Virus genome (UHGV): UHGV-0197770
Length of the DNA stretch: 36,302 bases
Source: a virus
Reading direction: 5' to 3' (one strand)
Below the pieces are notes generated by a model. The model had not been told where the DNA came from, made no database searches, and worked only from the letters and a program-made list of their open reading frames with translations. Below, piece by piece: positions 26,724 through 35,398 of the stretch. The first letter of the stretch is position 1; each line of letters starts with the position of its first letter. The position numbers and the translations under genes are program-made.

Positions 26724-27005
26724 GTGAGTGTTGAACTGACGGATAAAGGAGGACGATGTGCGGCACTGGGCATGTCAAATGGTACGTGGTTTACCCTCCT
26801 TGATATTCCGGGGGTGGAAACCCTTTTTAATACCCGTAAAACCAATGACCCGATTGACTGCACACGTTCAAAGGCCCGCAAACTGGCGGATTTGATTGAA
26901 GCATGGGAGCCTCCCGACCACTGGTTCTCCGGCATCGGCAAATCTGAGGGAAAGACGCTTCTCATCGCTTTCCTGCGTAACTGCAAGGGGTTTCGCACTT
27001 GCTGA
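26724..27005 (+). CDS. Hypothetical tail-module protein (93 aa, GTG start)
   Basis: Open frame directly after tube gene; no family recognised. Confidence 0.35.
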   Translation: MSVELTDKGGRCAALGMSNGTWFTLLDIPGVETLFNTRKTNDPIDCTRSKARKLADLIEAWEPPDHWFSGIGKSEGKTLLIAFLRNCKGFRTC

Positions 27006-27011
27006 CATCAC

Positions 27012-27035
27012 AGGGGCTCCGGCCCCTTCTTCTTA
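27012..27035 (+). terminator. GC-rich hairpin with T-rich tail (candidate attenuator/terminator)
   Basis: AGGGGC-TCCG-GCCCCT stem-loop followed by TCTTCTT. Confidence 0.4.
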
Positions 27036-27075
27036 ATCTCCTTTAATATCCGTCACGCGCTTCTCCCGACATACT
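27031..27075 (+). promoter_or_regulatory. Candidate late promoter (copy 3) upstream of tail chaperone/tape-measure genes
   Basis: CTTCTTAATCTCCTTTAATATCCGTCACGCGCTTCTCCCGACATACTGCC shares CTTCTTAA / CCTTTAATATC / CGCTT / TCCCG / ATACTGCC blocks with 33331-33380. Confidence 0.45.
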
Positions 27076-27102
27076 GCCCTGAACTTACACAGGAGCACAA
27101 TC

Positions 27103-27438
27103 ATGTCACAGACCCCATCCGATACTTTTAAATTGTCTTATCCCTTCACCACTGCTGCAGGCACCAGAATTGAGCTGGTTGAACTGAAACGCCTGACGGT
27201 AAAAGACCTGAAGCAGGTGCGCAAAATCAGCAAAAACCCGGCAGACTGGGACGAACCGCTGATTGCCCGCAGTACTGGTCTTCTCCCGGAAGATCTCGAC
27301 AATATGGATCTGGCTGATTACCTGCAGTTACAGAAACGATTTCAGCTCATCACGGGGATGGGTGAGAGCAACCAGGGCGCTGACGCAGGCGCAGGGGCTG
27401 CTGGCGAGATGGTTCCGGTTTCAGCCGGGGGAGATTGA
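27103..27438 (+). CDS. Tail assembly chaperone
   Basis: 111 aa directly upstream of tape measure; motif IELVELKRLTVKDLKQV typical of tail chaperones; AGGAG RBS. Confidence 0.6.
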   Translation: MSQTPSDTFKLSYPFTTAAGTRIELVELKRLTVKDLKQVRKISKNPADWDEPLIARSTGLLPEDLDNMDLADYLQLQKRFQLITGMGESNQGADAGAGAAGEMVPVSAGGD

Positions 27439-27520
27439 TGCCCTCGATACTGACGATCTGGAGATGTGGCTGGAGCAGGCTGAAGAGCAAATAAAAAGCG
27501 AGTACGGCGACAAATCATAG
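27263..27520 (+). CDS. Overlapping +1-frame ORF: probable frameshift extension of the tail chaperone
   Basis: Overlaps chaperone ORF in +1 frame, ends 76 nt before tape measure; G5 run at 27427-27431 just upstream of chaperone stop. Confidence 0.4.
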   Translation: MPAVLVFSRKISTIWIWLITCSYRNDFSSSRGWVRATRALTQAQGLLARWFRFQPGEIDALDTDDLEMWLEQAEEQIKSEYGDKS

Positions 27521-27595
27521 TACAGACAGCCGCCAGTAGCGGCTGTTCTGCGTTATTCCCTCACGTCTTTTCACCTTCCCCGGAGGTTAACCACT

Positions 27596-30547
27596 ATGTC
27601 GGGACAGTTTTCAGTCGGCGTTGTTATCGGCGGGATGATTGGCAGCACATTCCGTTCTGCAATGAGCGGTACCCGCCGTGCGCTTGATTCCCTGAGCGAT
27701 ACCTCACGCCGCCTGCAGGAACGTCAGAACGCTTTAACCCGTGCAACAGAACGTTATGGTCAACTGGGTTCTTCCCGGATGCAGCATCTCAACAGCGAGC
27801 TGCTGCGGGTAAGCCGCACCATGGAGCAAATTGAGCGCCAGCAGCGCCGTCTGTCAGCGGCATCCGCTACCAGTGATGCGCTGAAAGCTAACCGCATGGC
27901 GCTGTATGGTCAGGGGATTGAAGCGTATGGCATGGCACAGACTGTTTATCATACGGTTTCCCCTGCCGTTCAGCAGTCCATGTCTTTTCAGGACAAAATG
28001 ATTGATATGTCGATCACCGCAAAATATGACAATAAAACGCGGGATGCACTTGCCGGACAGATAAAAGGCTGGGCGCTTAAATACAATCAGTATCAGGATG
28101 AGCTGCAGGAGGCGGTGGGTTCACTCATCAGCGACAATATTGATAATGTGTCAGATATCGGTTTTCTGATGCCGGATATTGCCCGCGCGGCAACGGCAAC
28201 ACGCACGTCTGCTCAGGACTGGGCAAAAGTGGCCGCAGTCTGGCAAAACTCCCTGAAAGGTGCGGCCAGAGATTTTGGTGCCGTTCAGAATATTATGGCT
28301 TATGCCGGTGACCAGGGGTCATTTGAAATCCCGGATCAGGTCAAGTGGATGCAGTCCCTGGCCCCAATGATGGCGGGTATTGCCAATGGAAAAGAGGCTG
28401 TTGCTGAAATCGGGGCCAGTCTCCAGATAGCAAAAATCGGTGCAGGTTCCACCGACGAAGCAGCCAATAATTTTAAAAACTTTCTTACCAAAATTTTTGC
28501 CCGCGATACTCAGAAACAGTTTGCTGATCTGGGTATTGATTTGCAGGGATCTATTGCGAGTTATAAAGCTGCGGGGATCTCTCCGATTGAAGGGATGTTG
28601 AGTGTTATAGAACGTTACCTCAATGCCAAAAGCCCCGAAGCGCTGGCCGGCTTCAAATCAGCCATGAAAATAAAGAATGATACGGCAAGAGATGAGGCAC
28701 TTCAGGCTCTGGCGAAAAACTTTGGTCTGGGCGATATGTTCGCGGATATGCAGGTCATGGCATTTATCCGCCCGATGCTGGCCAACATGGACAGATATCG
28801 AGAGATCCGTGCCGGTGCTCTCAGGGCTGCGGATAACGATTTGCTTGCCAGTGCTTATGATCAGCGGCTGAAATCTCCCCTTGAAGCCACTAAAACACTT
28901 ATGGTCAGCAGTCGCGATCTGGCAATTACGCTGGGCGATCAATTAGCTCCATCTTTTATTTCTTTGACTCAGGAACTGCTTCCACTCATTCAGGGGGCAA
29001 AACACTGGGTAGCGACTCACCCGCAATTTGTCAGTGGGGCTTTTAAGCTCATCAGTGCGCTCCTTGCGATTAAGATAGCGACTGTTGGTCTCAAACTGGG
29101 GCTGAATCTCCTTATTTCCCCCTTTGTAAGTGTCTGGAAAAATGCTGTTTTACTTCGGGCCAACTGGCTTCGTCTGTCGCTCGCACTGGGGCAAGGCGGT
29201 AAGCTCCGCTGGCTGGTGACCGGATTTAGCGCCGTCGCCAGAGGAGCCAGAACACTGAGTGGCGTGCTCTCCGGGGGGCTGGTTCGCGGAATTATGCTCG
29301 CCGGACGTGCTGTTCTCTGGATTGGACGTGCGCTGATGATGAATCCCATCGGTCTCGTTATCACCGCTGTCGCGGCAGCAGCTTACCTTATCTACCGCAA
29401 CTGGGGGGCAGTCAGTGGCTGGTTTAAACAGCGCTGGGCAGACATTCAGGAAGCCTTTAACGGCGGCATTGTGGGAATTGGTAAGTTACTGATTAACTGG
29501 TCGCCGGCAGGCCTGCTCTATAAAGCCTTTGCGGCTGCGCTGAAATATTTCGGCGTTGCTCTGCCGGCAAAGTTCACCGACTTCGGTGGCCATCTTATCG
29601 ACGGTCTGATTAACGGTATCAAAAACAAATGGGGGTCGCTCAAATCCAGTGTAACCGGAATGGGTGACAGCATCAGTAGCTGGTTTAAACAGTGCTGGGC
29701 TGACATTCAGGAAGCCTTTAACGGCGGTATCGCGGGAACTGGTAAGCTGCTGATTAACTGGTCGCCGGCAGGTCTGCTCTATAAAGCCTTTGCAGCTGCG
29801 CTGAAATATCTTGGTGTTGATCTGCCGGCAAAGTTCACCGACTTCGGTGGCCATCTTGTCGACGGTCTGATTAACGGTATCAAAAACAAATGGGAGTCGC
29901 TCAAATCCAGTGTAACCGGAATGGGTGACAGCATCAGTGGCTGGTTCAGTGAAAAGCTGGGTATTCATTCGCCGAGCCGCGTGTTTATGGGCTTTGGTGA
30001 CAATATCGCGCAGGGGGCCGCCATTGGCCTGCAGCGGACCACTCCGCTTGCAGCTCTGGCCGGGCAGCGAATGGCCAGTGAACTGCTCCCCAGAATGCCC
30101 GTGAGCATTCAGGGGCCAGAAATACGGGATAACACTTCAGGTGTTCGCTTCAGTATGCCGTTGCCCGATATCAACGGGTTTATGTCGTCTGCTAAAAATG
30201 CGATCGGAGCCGTAATCAATAGTTTGTCTTCCATGCCCGCTATCCCGCTCTCCACCCGGGCATCGATTTTACCAGGGCAACGTCTGGCAAATGAGATGAC
30301 ACCGGATGTTCCCCGTATCCCCTCGCCTGAAATCATGGCTGCCGGATATTCAGGCCGTGGTGCAGCTGCAACCGGCGGTGGAACGTCTGGTGGTATCCAG
30401 GTCAGCTTTAATCCTCAGTTTTTCCTCAATGGCAGGGAAACCACAGCGCCTGCAGGACTGACTGGTGCCCTGAATATGAGTCTGCATGAGCTGGAAAAAA
30501 TGCTGGAGCGTCTGCTGGCTCAGAAACAACGTAAGGAGTACCGCTGA
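27596..30547 (+). CDS. Tail tape measure protein
   Basis: 983 aa, alpha-helical/low-complexity, after chaperone pair; contains internal tandem duplication. Confidence 0.85.
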   Translation: MSGQFSVGVVIGGMIGSTFRSAMSGTRRALDSLSDTSRRLQERQNALTRATERYGQLGSSRMQHLNSELLRVSRTMEQIERQQRRLSAASATSDALKANRMALYGQGIEAYGMAQTVYHTVSPAVQQSMSFQDKMIDMSITAKYDNKTRDALAGQIKGWALKYNQYQDELQEAVGSLISDNIDNVSDIGFLMPDIARAATATRTSAQDWAKVAAVWQNSLKGAARDFGAVQNIMAYAGDQGSFEIPDQVKWMQSLAPMMAGIANGKEAVAEIGASLQIAKIGAGSTDEAANNFKNFLTKIFARDTQKQFADLGIDLQGSIASYKAAGISPIEGMLSVIERYLNAKSPEALAGFKSAMKIKNDTARDEALQALAKNFGLGDMFADMQVMAFIRPMLANMDRYREIRAGALRAADNDLLASAYDQRLKSPLEATKTLMVSSRDLAITLGDQLAPSFISLTQELLPLIQGAKHWVATHPQFVSGAFKLISALLAIKIATVGLKLGLNLLISPFVSVWKNAVLLRANWLRLSLALGQGGKLRWLVTGFSAVARGARTLSGVLSGGLVRGIMLAGRAVLWIGRALMMNPIGLVITAVAAAAYLIYRNWGAVSGWFKQRWADIQEAFNGGIVGIGKLLINWSPAGLLYKAFAAALKYFGVALPAKFTDFGGHLIDGLINGIKNKWGSLKSSVTGMGDSISSWFKQCWADIQEAFNGGIAGTGKLLINWSPAGLLYKAFAAALKYLGVDLPAKFTDFGGHLVDGLINGIKNKWESLKSSVTGMGDSISGWFSEKLGIHSPSRVFMGFGDNIAQGAAIGLQRTTPLAALAGQRMASELLPRMPVSIQGPEIRDNTSGVRFSMPLPDINGFMSSAKNAIGAVINSLSSMPAIPLSTRASILPGQRLANEMTPDVPRIPSPEIMAAGYSGRGAAATGGGTSGGIQVSFNPQFFLNGRETTAPAGLTGALNMSLHELEKMLERLLAQKQRKEYR
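29420..29941 (+). repeat. In-frame tandem direct repeat, 2 x 261 bp (87 aa each), inside tape measure gene
   Basis: TGGTTTAAACAG...GACAGCATCAGT unit recurs at 29420 and 29681 with about 95 percent identity; third unit starts at 29942 and then diverges. Confidence 0.9.
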
Positions 30548-31431
30548 TGTTTGCCGTACTGGGTGATATTGAGTTTGAGCTGATTACCTACTGGGACGGC
30601 TTCGAGGCCACGTTCGGCGTCGATTATGCGGAGCATGCCCGCATCGGGGGTAAGCCTGGCCTGCAGTTCGTCGGCGACAGGCTGGACGAAATCCAGATAA
30701 CTCTGGTTTTCCATCAGCATTATTGTGTACCCGATGTGGAGCTGGCGAGACTGCGAACAGCCATGAAAGCCCATCAGGCACTGGCGCTGGTCTTCGGCAA
30801 CGGTGACTATCGCGGCTGGTTCGTGATTACCGATGTGACTGCAACCAGCGAGCAGACTGACAGTACCGGCAACGTGCTGGCTGTCAGTGCCACCGTGTCT
30901 CTCCGGGAATACACCGGTGACCCGAAAAATCCTCTGCAACCACCGGCAATACGCACGAAGCTCCCGGGTGTCGGGGCGGTCTCCGGTGCCATTCCTTCAC
31001 CTTCCGGGGTGGCGCAGTTCATCCGCAACGGCGTCAACTATGCGAAACAGGCGCAGTCTGTACTCCAGACCACTATCAGCGCCGTTCGGGTGACACAGAA
31101 AATGAAGGATAACCCCGTTGTCGCACTGACCCGTGTGCCGGGGCTGATGAGCGGACTGGGTAATATCTCCGGGGCTCTGGGGAAAAGTGTTCCGGCGTTT
31201 AACGCACTCTCTGAATCCATGCCCGATGCCATCAGTCTGGCCAGAACAGCCAGCGAAGCAGCCACGTATGTACAGCAGGCACAGTCTGCGCTGAGTGGTG
31301 TGGACAAAAGAAATATTGCAGGTGCTCTGGATACCGTTTCCGGGCAGCTTAACGCCGCCGGCACAGCATTCAACCGCATATCTCCGGGATTAAGTGCAAT
31401 GGCCGCCAGAATACTGACGAGGAGTGTGTGA
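30547..31431 (+). CDS. Tail protein (P2 gpU-like N-terminus / Mu N-like DNA circularization protein)
   Basis: N-terminus MFAVLGDIEFEL parallels P2 gpU MMMVLGLFVFML; follows tape measure. Confidence 0.6.
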   Translation: MFAVLGDIEFELITYWDGFEATFGVDYAEHARIGGKPGLQFVGDRLDEIQITLVFHQHYCVPDVELARLRTAMKAHQALALVFGNGDYRGWFVITDVTATSEQTDSTGNVLAVSATVSLREYTGDPKNPLQPPAIRTKLPGVGAVSGAIPSPSGVAQFIRNGVNYAKQAQSVLQTTISAVRVTQKMKDNPVVALTRVPGLMSGLGNISGALGKSVPAFNALSESMPDAISLARTASEAATYVQQAQSALSGVDKRNIAGALDTVSGQLNAAGTAFNRISPGLSAMAARILTRSV

Positions 31432-31643
31432 TGTTTCTTGAACATGTTACCCGTGACGGAGAGCGCTGGGATTCGCTGGCATGGCAGTACTACGGTGACC
31501 CGCTGGGCTATCCCCGGATTATTGCCGCCAATCCGCACGTGGCCATCACGCCGGTGCTGCCCTCCGGGCTGTTGTTACTGATCCCGGTGATTGAGGCTGA
31601 AGAAGCCCGTACAGAAGAGGATATTGCCCCATGGCTGAGATAA
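31428..31643 (+). CDS. Tail protein X-like (LysM-like)
   Basis: 71 aa; WQYYGD...IIAANPHVA...LLLIP resembles P2 gpX. Confidence 0.6.
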   Translation: MMFLEHVTRDGERWDSLAWQYYGDPLGYPRIIAANPHVAITPVLPSGLLLLIPVIEAEEARTEEDIAPWLR

Positions 31644-32803
31644 ACAGCACTGCGCAAGTCACATCAGCGTTAACCGGCGTCAGCGATGTGCTGACACCGG
31701 TGTTCACTTTGTGGTATCTGCAGAAAAACATCACCTCTGATATCGCGCCTTATGTCACCCGTGTGACCTGGAGCGATAACATCAAAAATGAGTCCGATAC
31801 CATTGAGGTGGAGCTGGACGACACCGATGGCCGCTGGCTGGATAAATGGTATCCGGGCAAGGGTGACACGCTGACGCTGAAAATGGGCTATCAGGGCGAG
31901 AAGCTGCTGTCCTGCGGTACGTTCTCTATAGACGAGATCGAAGTGAGTTCGCCCGCTTCCGTTGTTTCTATCCGTGGGGTGGCCACCTCGGTTAACAGTG
32001 CCCTGCGGACTAAAACCAGTCGTGGTTTTGAGAACACCACGCTGGCAGCTGTTGCGGGGCGGATTGCCAGAAAGCACCGACTGAAACTGGTGGGCAGCAT
32101 TGAGTCCATCAGAATCGACCGGGTGACCCAGTATGCTGAAACCGACGTGGGTTTTCTGCGCCGGCTGGCCAGCGAGTATGGTTATGCAGTGAAAGTGGTC
32201 AGTGACCAGCTGATTTTTTCTCATCTGGCCACACTGCGCAGTCAGGAGCCGGTCAGGCAGTTAAAACCGCAGGATGTGGCCCGCTTTTCCCTGCGTGACA
32301 CCATCAACCGGGTCTATAAATCTGCAAAGGTAAAACACCAGAAAAGCAGCAGTAAAAAACTGATCGTCTACGAAGCTGATGGTGGTACCCGTGAAAGCGA
32401 CAAAAAGCTCAAAGGTGGTAAGGTTACCAGCGCTGACTCACTTAAAGTTAACAGCCGCGTCAGCGACCCGGACAGTGCCCGGATTAAAGCGGATTCAGCA
32501 CTGGCCAGACATAACGAATACCAGCAGAACGGCTCCCTGACGCTGACGGGAACACCTCAACTGACAGCAGGCAACAAAATTGAACTGGTGGGTTTTGGGC
32601 AGTTATCTGGGCCATGGCTCATAACCACTGCCCTCCATGCGTTTGAGCGTAACAGCGGCTACACCACAGAGCTGGAAGTGGCACGGGGGCCGGTCACACA
32701 GGGCAAGGCGAAGAAAGGTAAAAAAACCGGCAAAACCCGGACGCTGACCATCTATAAACCGGACGGCAGCACGTCCACAGTAATAAGAGAGAAGAAAAAA
32801 TGA
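31631..32803 (+). CDS. Baseplate hub / late control D-like protein (P2 gpD / Mu P-like)
   Basis: 390 aa (P2 gpD is about 387 aa); position after X. Confidence 0.65.
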   Translation: MAEINSTAQVTSALTGVSDVLTPVFTLWYLQKNITSDIAPYVTRVTWSDNIKNESDTIEVELDDTDGRWLDKWYPGKGDTLTLKMGYQGEKLLSCGTFSIDEIEVSSPASVVSIRGVATSVNSALRTKTSRGFENTTLAAVAGRIARKHRLKLVGSIESIRIDRVTQYAETDVGFLRRLASEYGYAVKVVSDQLIFSHLATLRSQEPVRQLKPQDVARFSLRDTINRVYKSAKVKHQKSSSKKLIVYEADGGTRESDKKLKGGKVTSADSLKVNSRVSDPDSARIKADSALARHNEYQQNGSLTLTGTPQLTAGNKIELVGFGQLSGPWLITTALHAFERNSGYTTELEVARGPVTQGKAKKGKKTGKTRTLTIYKPDGSTSTVIREKKK

Positions 32804-33327
32804 CTGGTGTCACTCGTCAGGTCGGTACGGTCAGTGCCGTTGATGCCGACAGGGTTCAGGCCCGCGTTCGTCTGCCTGAATGCGATAACCTGCGCACAAA
32901 CTGGCTTAACGTGCTGCAGCGCAATACCCAGGATAACAAAGATTACTGGCTCCCTGACGTGGGGGAGCAGGTTGAGGTGCTGCTCGATGCCAACGGCGAG
33001 GATGGTGTTATTCTGGGCGCGGTGTATTCAGACGTCGATAAACCACCGTTCAGTGATAAAAACGTCCGGGGCACGAAGTACGCTGATGGCGCGGAGTTCA
33101 GTTATAACCGCGCGACCCATACGCTGACGGTCAGAGGAGGTATTGAGCGTATCGTGGTGGAGGTTGCCGCCGATATCTCACTGGAAGGGAAAAGCATTGA
33201 CCTCACGGGAGTTACCACAATCAACGGCAACGCGACACTCAACGGTGATCTGGAAATCAACGGAAGCGCCCATGCAACGGGTGACATATTTGCCGATGGT
33301 CAGAACTCTAATCACCATTCCCATTGA
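32800..33327 (+). CDS. Baseplate spike protein (P2 gpV-like)
   Basis: WLPDVGEQVEVLLDANGEDGVILGAVYS parallels the P2 gpV core (W..VGEQV..L....G.....VLG.YS). Confidence 0.7.
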   Translation: MTGVTRQVGTVSAVDADRVQARVRLPECDNLRTNWLNVLQRNTQDNKDYWLPDVGEQVEVLLDANGEDGVILGAVYSDVDKPPFSDKNVRGTKYADGAEFSYNRATHTLTVRGGIERIVVEVAADISLEGKSIDLTGVTTINGNATLNGDLEINGSAHATGDIFADGQNSNHHSH

Positions 33328-33330
33328 ACC

Positions 33331-33380
33331 TTCTTAAACGCCTTTAATATCGGCGCTTACTTCCCGGGGGCAATACTGCC
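33331..33380 (+). promoter_or_regulatory. Candidate late promoter (copy 4) upstream of baseplate genes
   Basis: CTTCTTAAACGCCTTTAATATCGGCGCTTACTTCCCGGGGGCAATACTGCC; same block structure as 27031-27075. Confidence 0.45.
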
Positions 33381-33383
33381 TCC

Positions 33384-33731
33384 ATGAAAACGACCTCAGT
33401 ATTCTGGCAACCAGCTCTGCAGGCTTCCGGCGAAATCGTCAGGGGGCTGGATGATATCCGGCAGTCCATCCAAATCATCCTGCGGACTCCCCGCGGCAGC
33501 GACCCGCATCGCCCGGAGTTCGGCAGCAATCTGCACCTTTATATCGACTGGCCTGTCGACCGGGCCATTCCGCATGTGGTTCGCGAATCCGTCGATGCCA
33601 TCCGGCGCTGGGAGCCCCGCTGCCAGCTTATGTCAGTTAAACCCGCCGTCGACGGCGAACATCTTACGCTCCGGGTGAGCTGGAAAGGCTCAGACGGACA
33701 GACCCGGACTCAGGAGCTGCTATGGCGCTGA
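33384..33731 (+). CDS. Baseplate protein (gpW / gp25-like)
   Basis: 115 aa; GSDPHRPEFGSNL motif region typical of GPW/gp25 family; position before J. Confidence 0.65.
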   Translation: MKTTSVFWQPALQASGEIVRGLDDIRQSIQIILRTPRGSDPHRPEFGSNLHLYIDWPVDRAIPHVVRESVDAIRRWEPRCQLMSVKPAVDGEHLTLRVSWKGSDGQTRTQELLWR

Positions 33732-34825
33732 CAGAACCCGATTTTATTGAACGCGATGCCGACAAAATCACGGCAGAAATGATTGCGAAGTATGAAGCGG
33801 ATACCGGCAAAACGCTGTACCCGGCACAGGCAGAGCGTCTGCTGATTGATCTGTGGGCCTATCGCGAAATGCTGGTCAGGGTTGCGGTACAGGAGGCAGC
33901 AAAGCAGAATCTGGTCGCCTTTTCACGAGAGCCGATGATTGATTACCTCGGAGAACTGGTTGGTGTATACCGCCTTGCCGCGCAGCCTGCCACCACCACA
34001 CTTCAGTTCTCTGTGGATGAGGCACTGGCCATTGATGTGCTGATCCCGGCAGGCACCCGCGTCAGCGCTTCCGACAGCGTTATTTTTGCCACCGATACAG
34101 ATGTGGTACTGAAGGCCGGATTGCTGCTGGTCAATGTCACGGCCACCTGTACCGAACCCGGTACCGCTGGTAACGGCTGGCAACCTGCGCAGGTCAGTCA
34201 GTTACTCGATGAGATTGATAACGTCGACCTGCTGGTGAGCAATCTGACGGCCAGTTCCGGCGGTTCAGAACAGGAAGACGATGACAGGCTCCGGGAGCGT
34301 ATCAGGCTGGCCCCGGAGTCATTCACCAATGCCGGAAGCCGTGGCGCATACCGCTTTCATGCCATGCAGGCCCATCCCAACATTGTCGATGTTGCTGTGC
34401 TTTCCCCGGTTCCCGGGACCGTAGATCTGTATCCGCTGCTCAGTACCGGTCTGCCGGACGGCGGTGTTCTCACGCTGGTAGAGAGTTTCTGCTCTGATGA
34501 GAAAGTCAGGCCACTCACTGATACAGTGCGGGCTAAAACACCAGTGAAGGTGGATTACACCATTGAAGCCAGGATTACGATCTATCGTGATCAGGATGCC
34601 AGGTCTGTAAAAGATGCCGCTAACAGCGCCATACAGAACTGGGTGGCATCACGTGCCGCCACGCTGGGGCGCGATATTGTCCCCAGCCAGATTATCAGTG
34701 CATTGTCCGTTTCCGGGGTGTACCAGGTTGAACTGGTGACACCGGCACTGCGGGTGGTGGCAGAAAACGAATGGGCAAACTGTACGGCAATCACTCTTAA
34801 CATGACTGGAGTGTCTGATGACTGA
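33722..34825 (+). CDS. Baseplate J-like protein
   Basis: 367 aa after gpW-like gene; order W-J-I as in P2/Mu. Confidence 0.65.
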   Translation: MALTEPDFIERDADKITAEMIAKYEADTGKTLYPAQAERLLIDLWAYREMLVRVAVQEAAKQNLVAFSREPMIDYLGELVGVYRLAAQPATTTLQFSVDEALAIDVLIPAGTRVSASDSVIFATDTDVVLKAGLLLVNVTATCTEPGTAGNGWQPAQVSQLLDEIDNVDLLVSNLTASSGGSEQEDDDRLRERIRLAPESFTNAGSRGAYRFHAMQAHPNIVDVAVLSPVPGTVDLYPLLSTGLPDGGVLTLVESFCSDEKVRPLTDTVRAKTPVKVDYTIEARITIYRDQDARSVKDAANSAIQNWVASRAATLGRDIVPSQIISALSVSGVYQVELVTPALRVVAENEWANCTAITLNMTGVSDD

Positions 34826-35396
34826 GCCATTACAACTCCCGCCACCGCTTGAGGGTGATATCAGTCTCAGGACGCTGGGAAGACTGGCAGGACGGCTGGA
34901 TAACATCGACCTGAGCGTACTGATGGTCTTTCTCGTCGATATCGTCGACAGTTCCGCGCTGCCATGGCTGGGCGAGCAGTTCTCACTGTCTGGCGATGGC
35001 TGGGAGCTGGCGGAATCGGACGATGTTCGCCGCATGCTTATAAAAGCAGCCATCGAACTGCACCGGTATAAAGGGACGCCGTGGTCAATCCGGGAAGTTA
35101 TCCGCCGTTTTGGCTTTGGTGAAGTGGATCTGATTGAAGGCACAGGTCGTCTCAGTTACGACGGCAATCGCAGCTATAACGGACTGTTTGTTCATGGAGA
35201 TGCAGCCGCCTGGGCAGTTTATCGCGTTATTCTGAAACAGCCCATTACTAACGATCAGGCCGCGATGCTGCGTCAGACGCTGGCTGCATTTGCACCGGCC
35301 CGCTGCCATCTGGCCAGCCTGGAGTATCAGTCTGTGGCCATTCGCTATAACAATACCGCCATCCATGATGGCAGTTATAACCACGGGAGCAGTTGA
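34818..35396 (+). CDS. Tail protein (P2 gpI / Mu gp48-like)
   Basis: 192 aa between J-like gene and tail fibre gene. Confidence 0.55.
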   Translation: MTEPLQLPPPLEGDISLRTLGRLAGRLDNIDLSVLMVFLVDIVDSSALPWLGEQFSLSGDGWELAESDDVRRMLIKAAIELHRYKGTPWSIREVIRRFGFGEVDLIEGTGRLSYDGNRSYNGLFVHGDAAAWAVYRVILKQPITNDQAAMLRQTLAAFAPARCHLASLEYQSVAIRYNNTAIHDGSYNHGSS

Positions 35397-35398
35397 TT

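Noticed and set aside
22331-26778. Long minus-strand ORFs inside late genes (22331..23065, 24692..25576, 25682..26095, 26203..26778)
   Set aside because: Antisense to capsid, sheath and tube genes whose translations have clear family signatures; the late region is a densely packed plus-strand operon.
27012-27027. GC hairpin read as a Mor/C activator-binding dyad
   Set aside because: The three other copies of the late promoter-like motif lack a comparable dyad upstream, so it is kept as a terminator/attenuator candidate.
29486-29968. Possible CRISPR-like repeat array / minus-strand ORF in the repeated region
   Set aside because: The repeat units are 261 bp, contiguous without spacers, and sit in-frame inside the tape measure ORF; this is a coding tandem duplication, not a CRISPR array.
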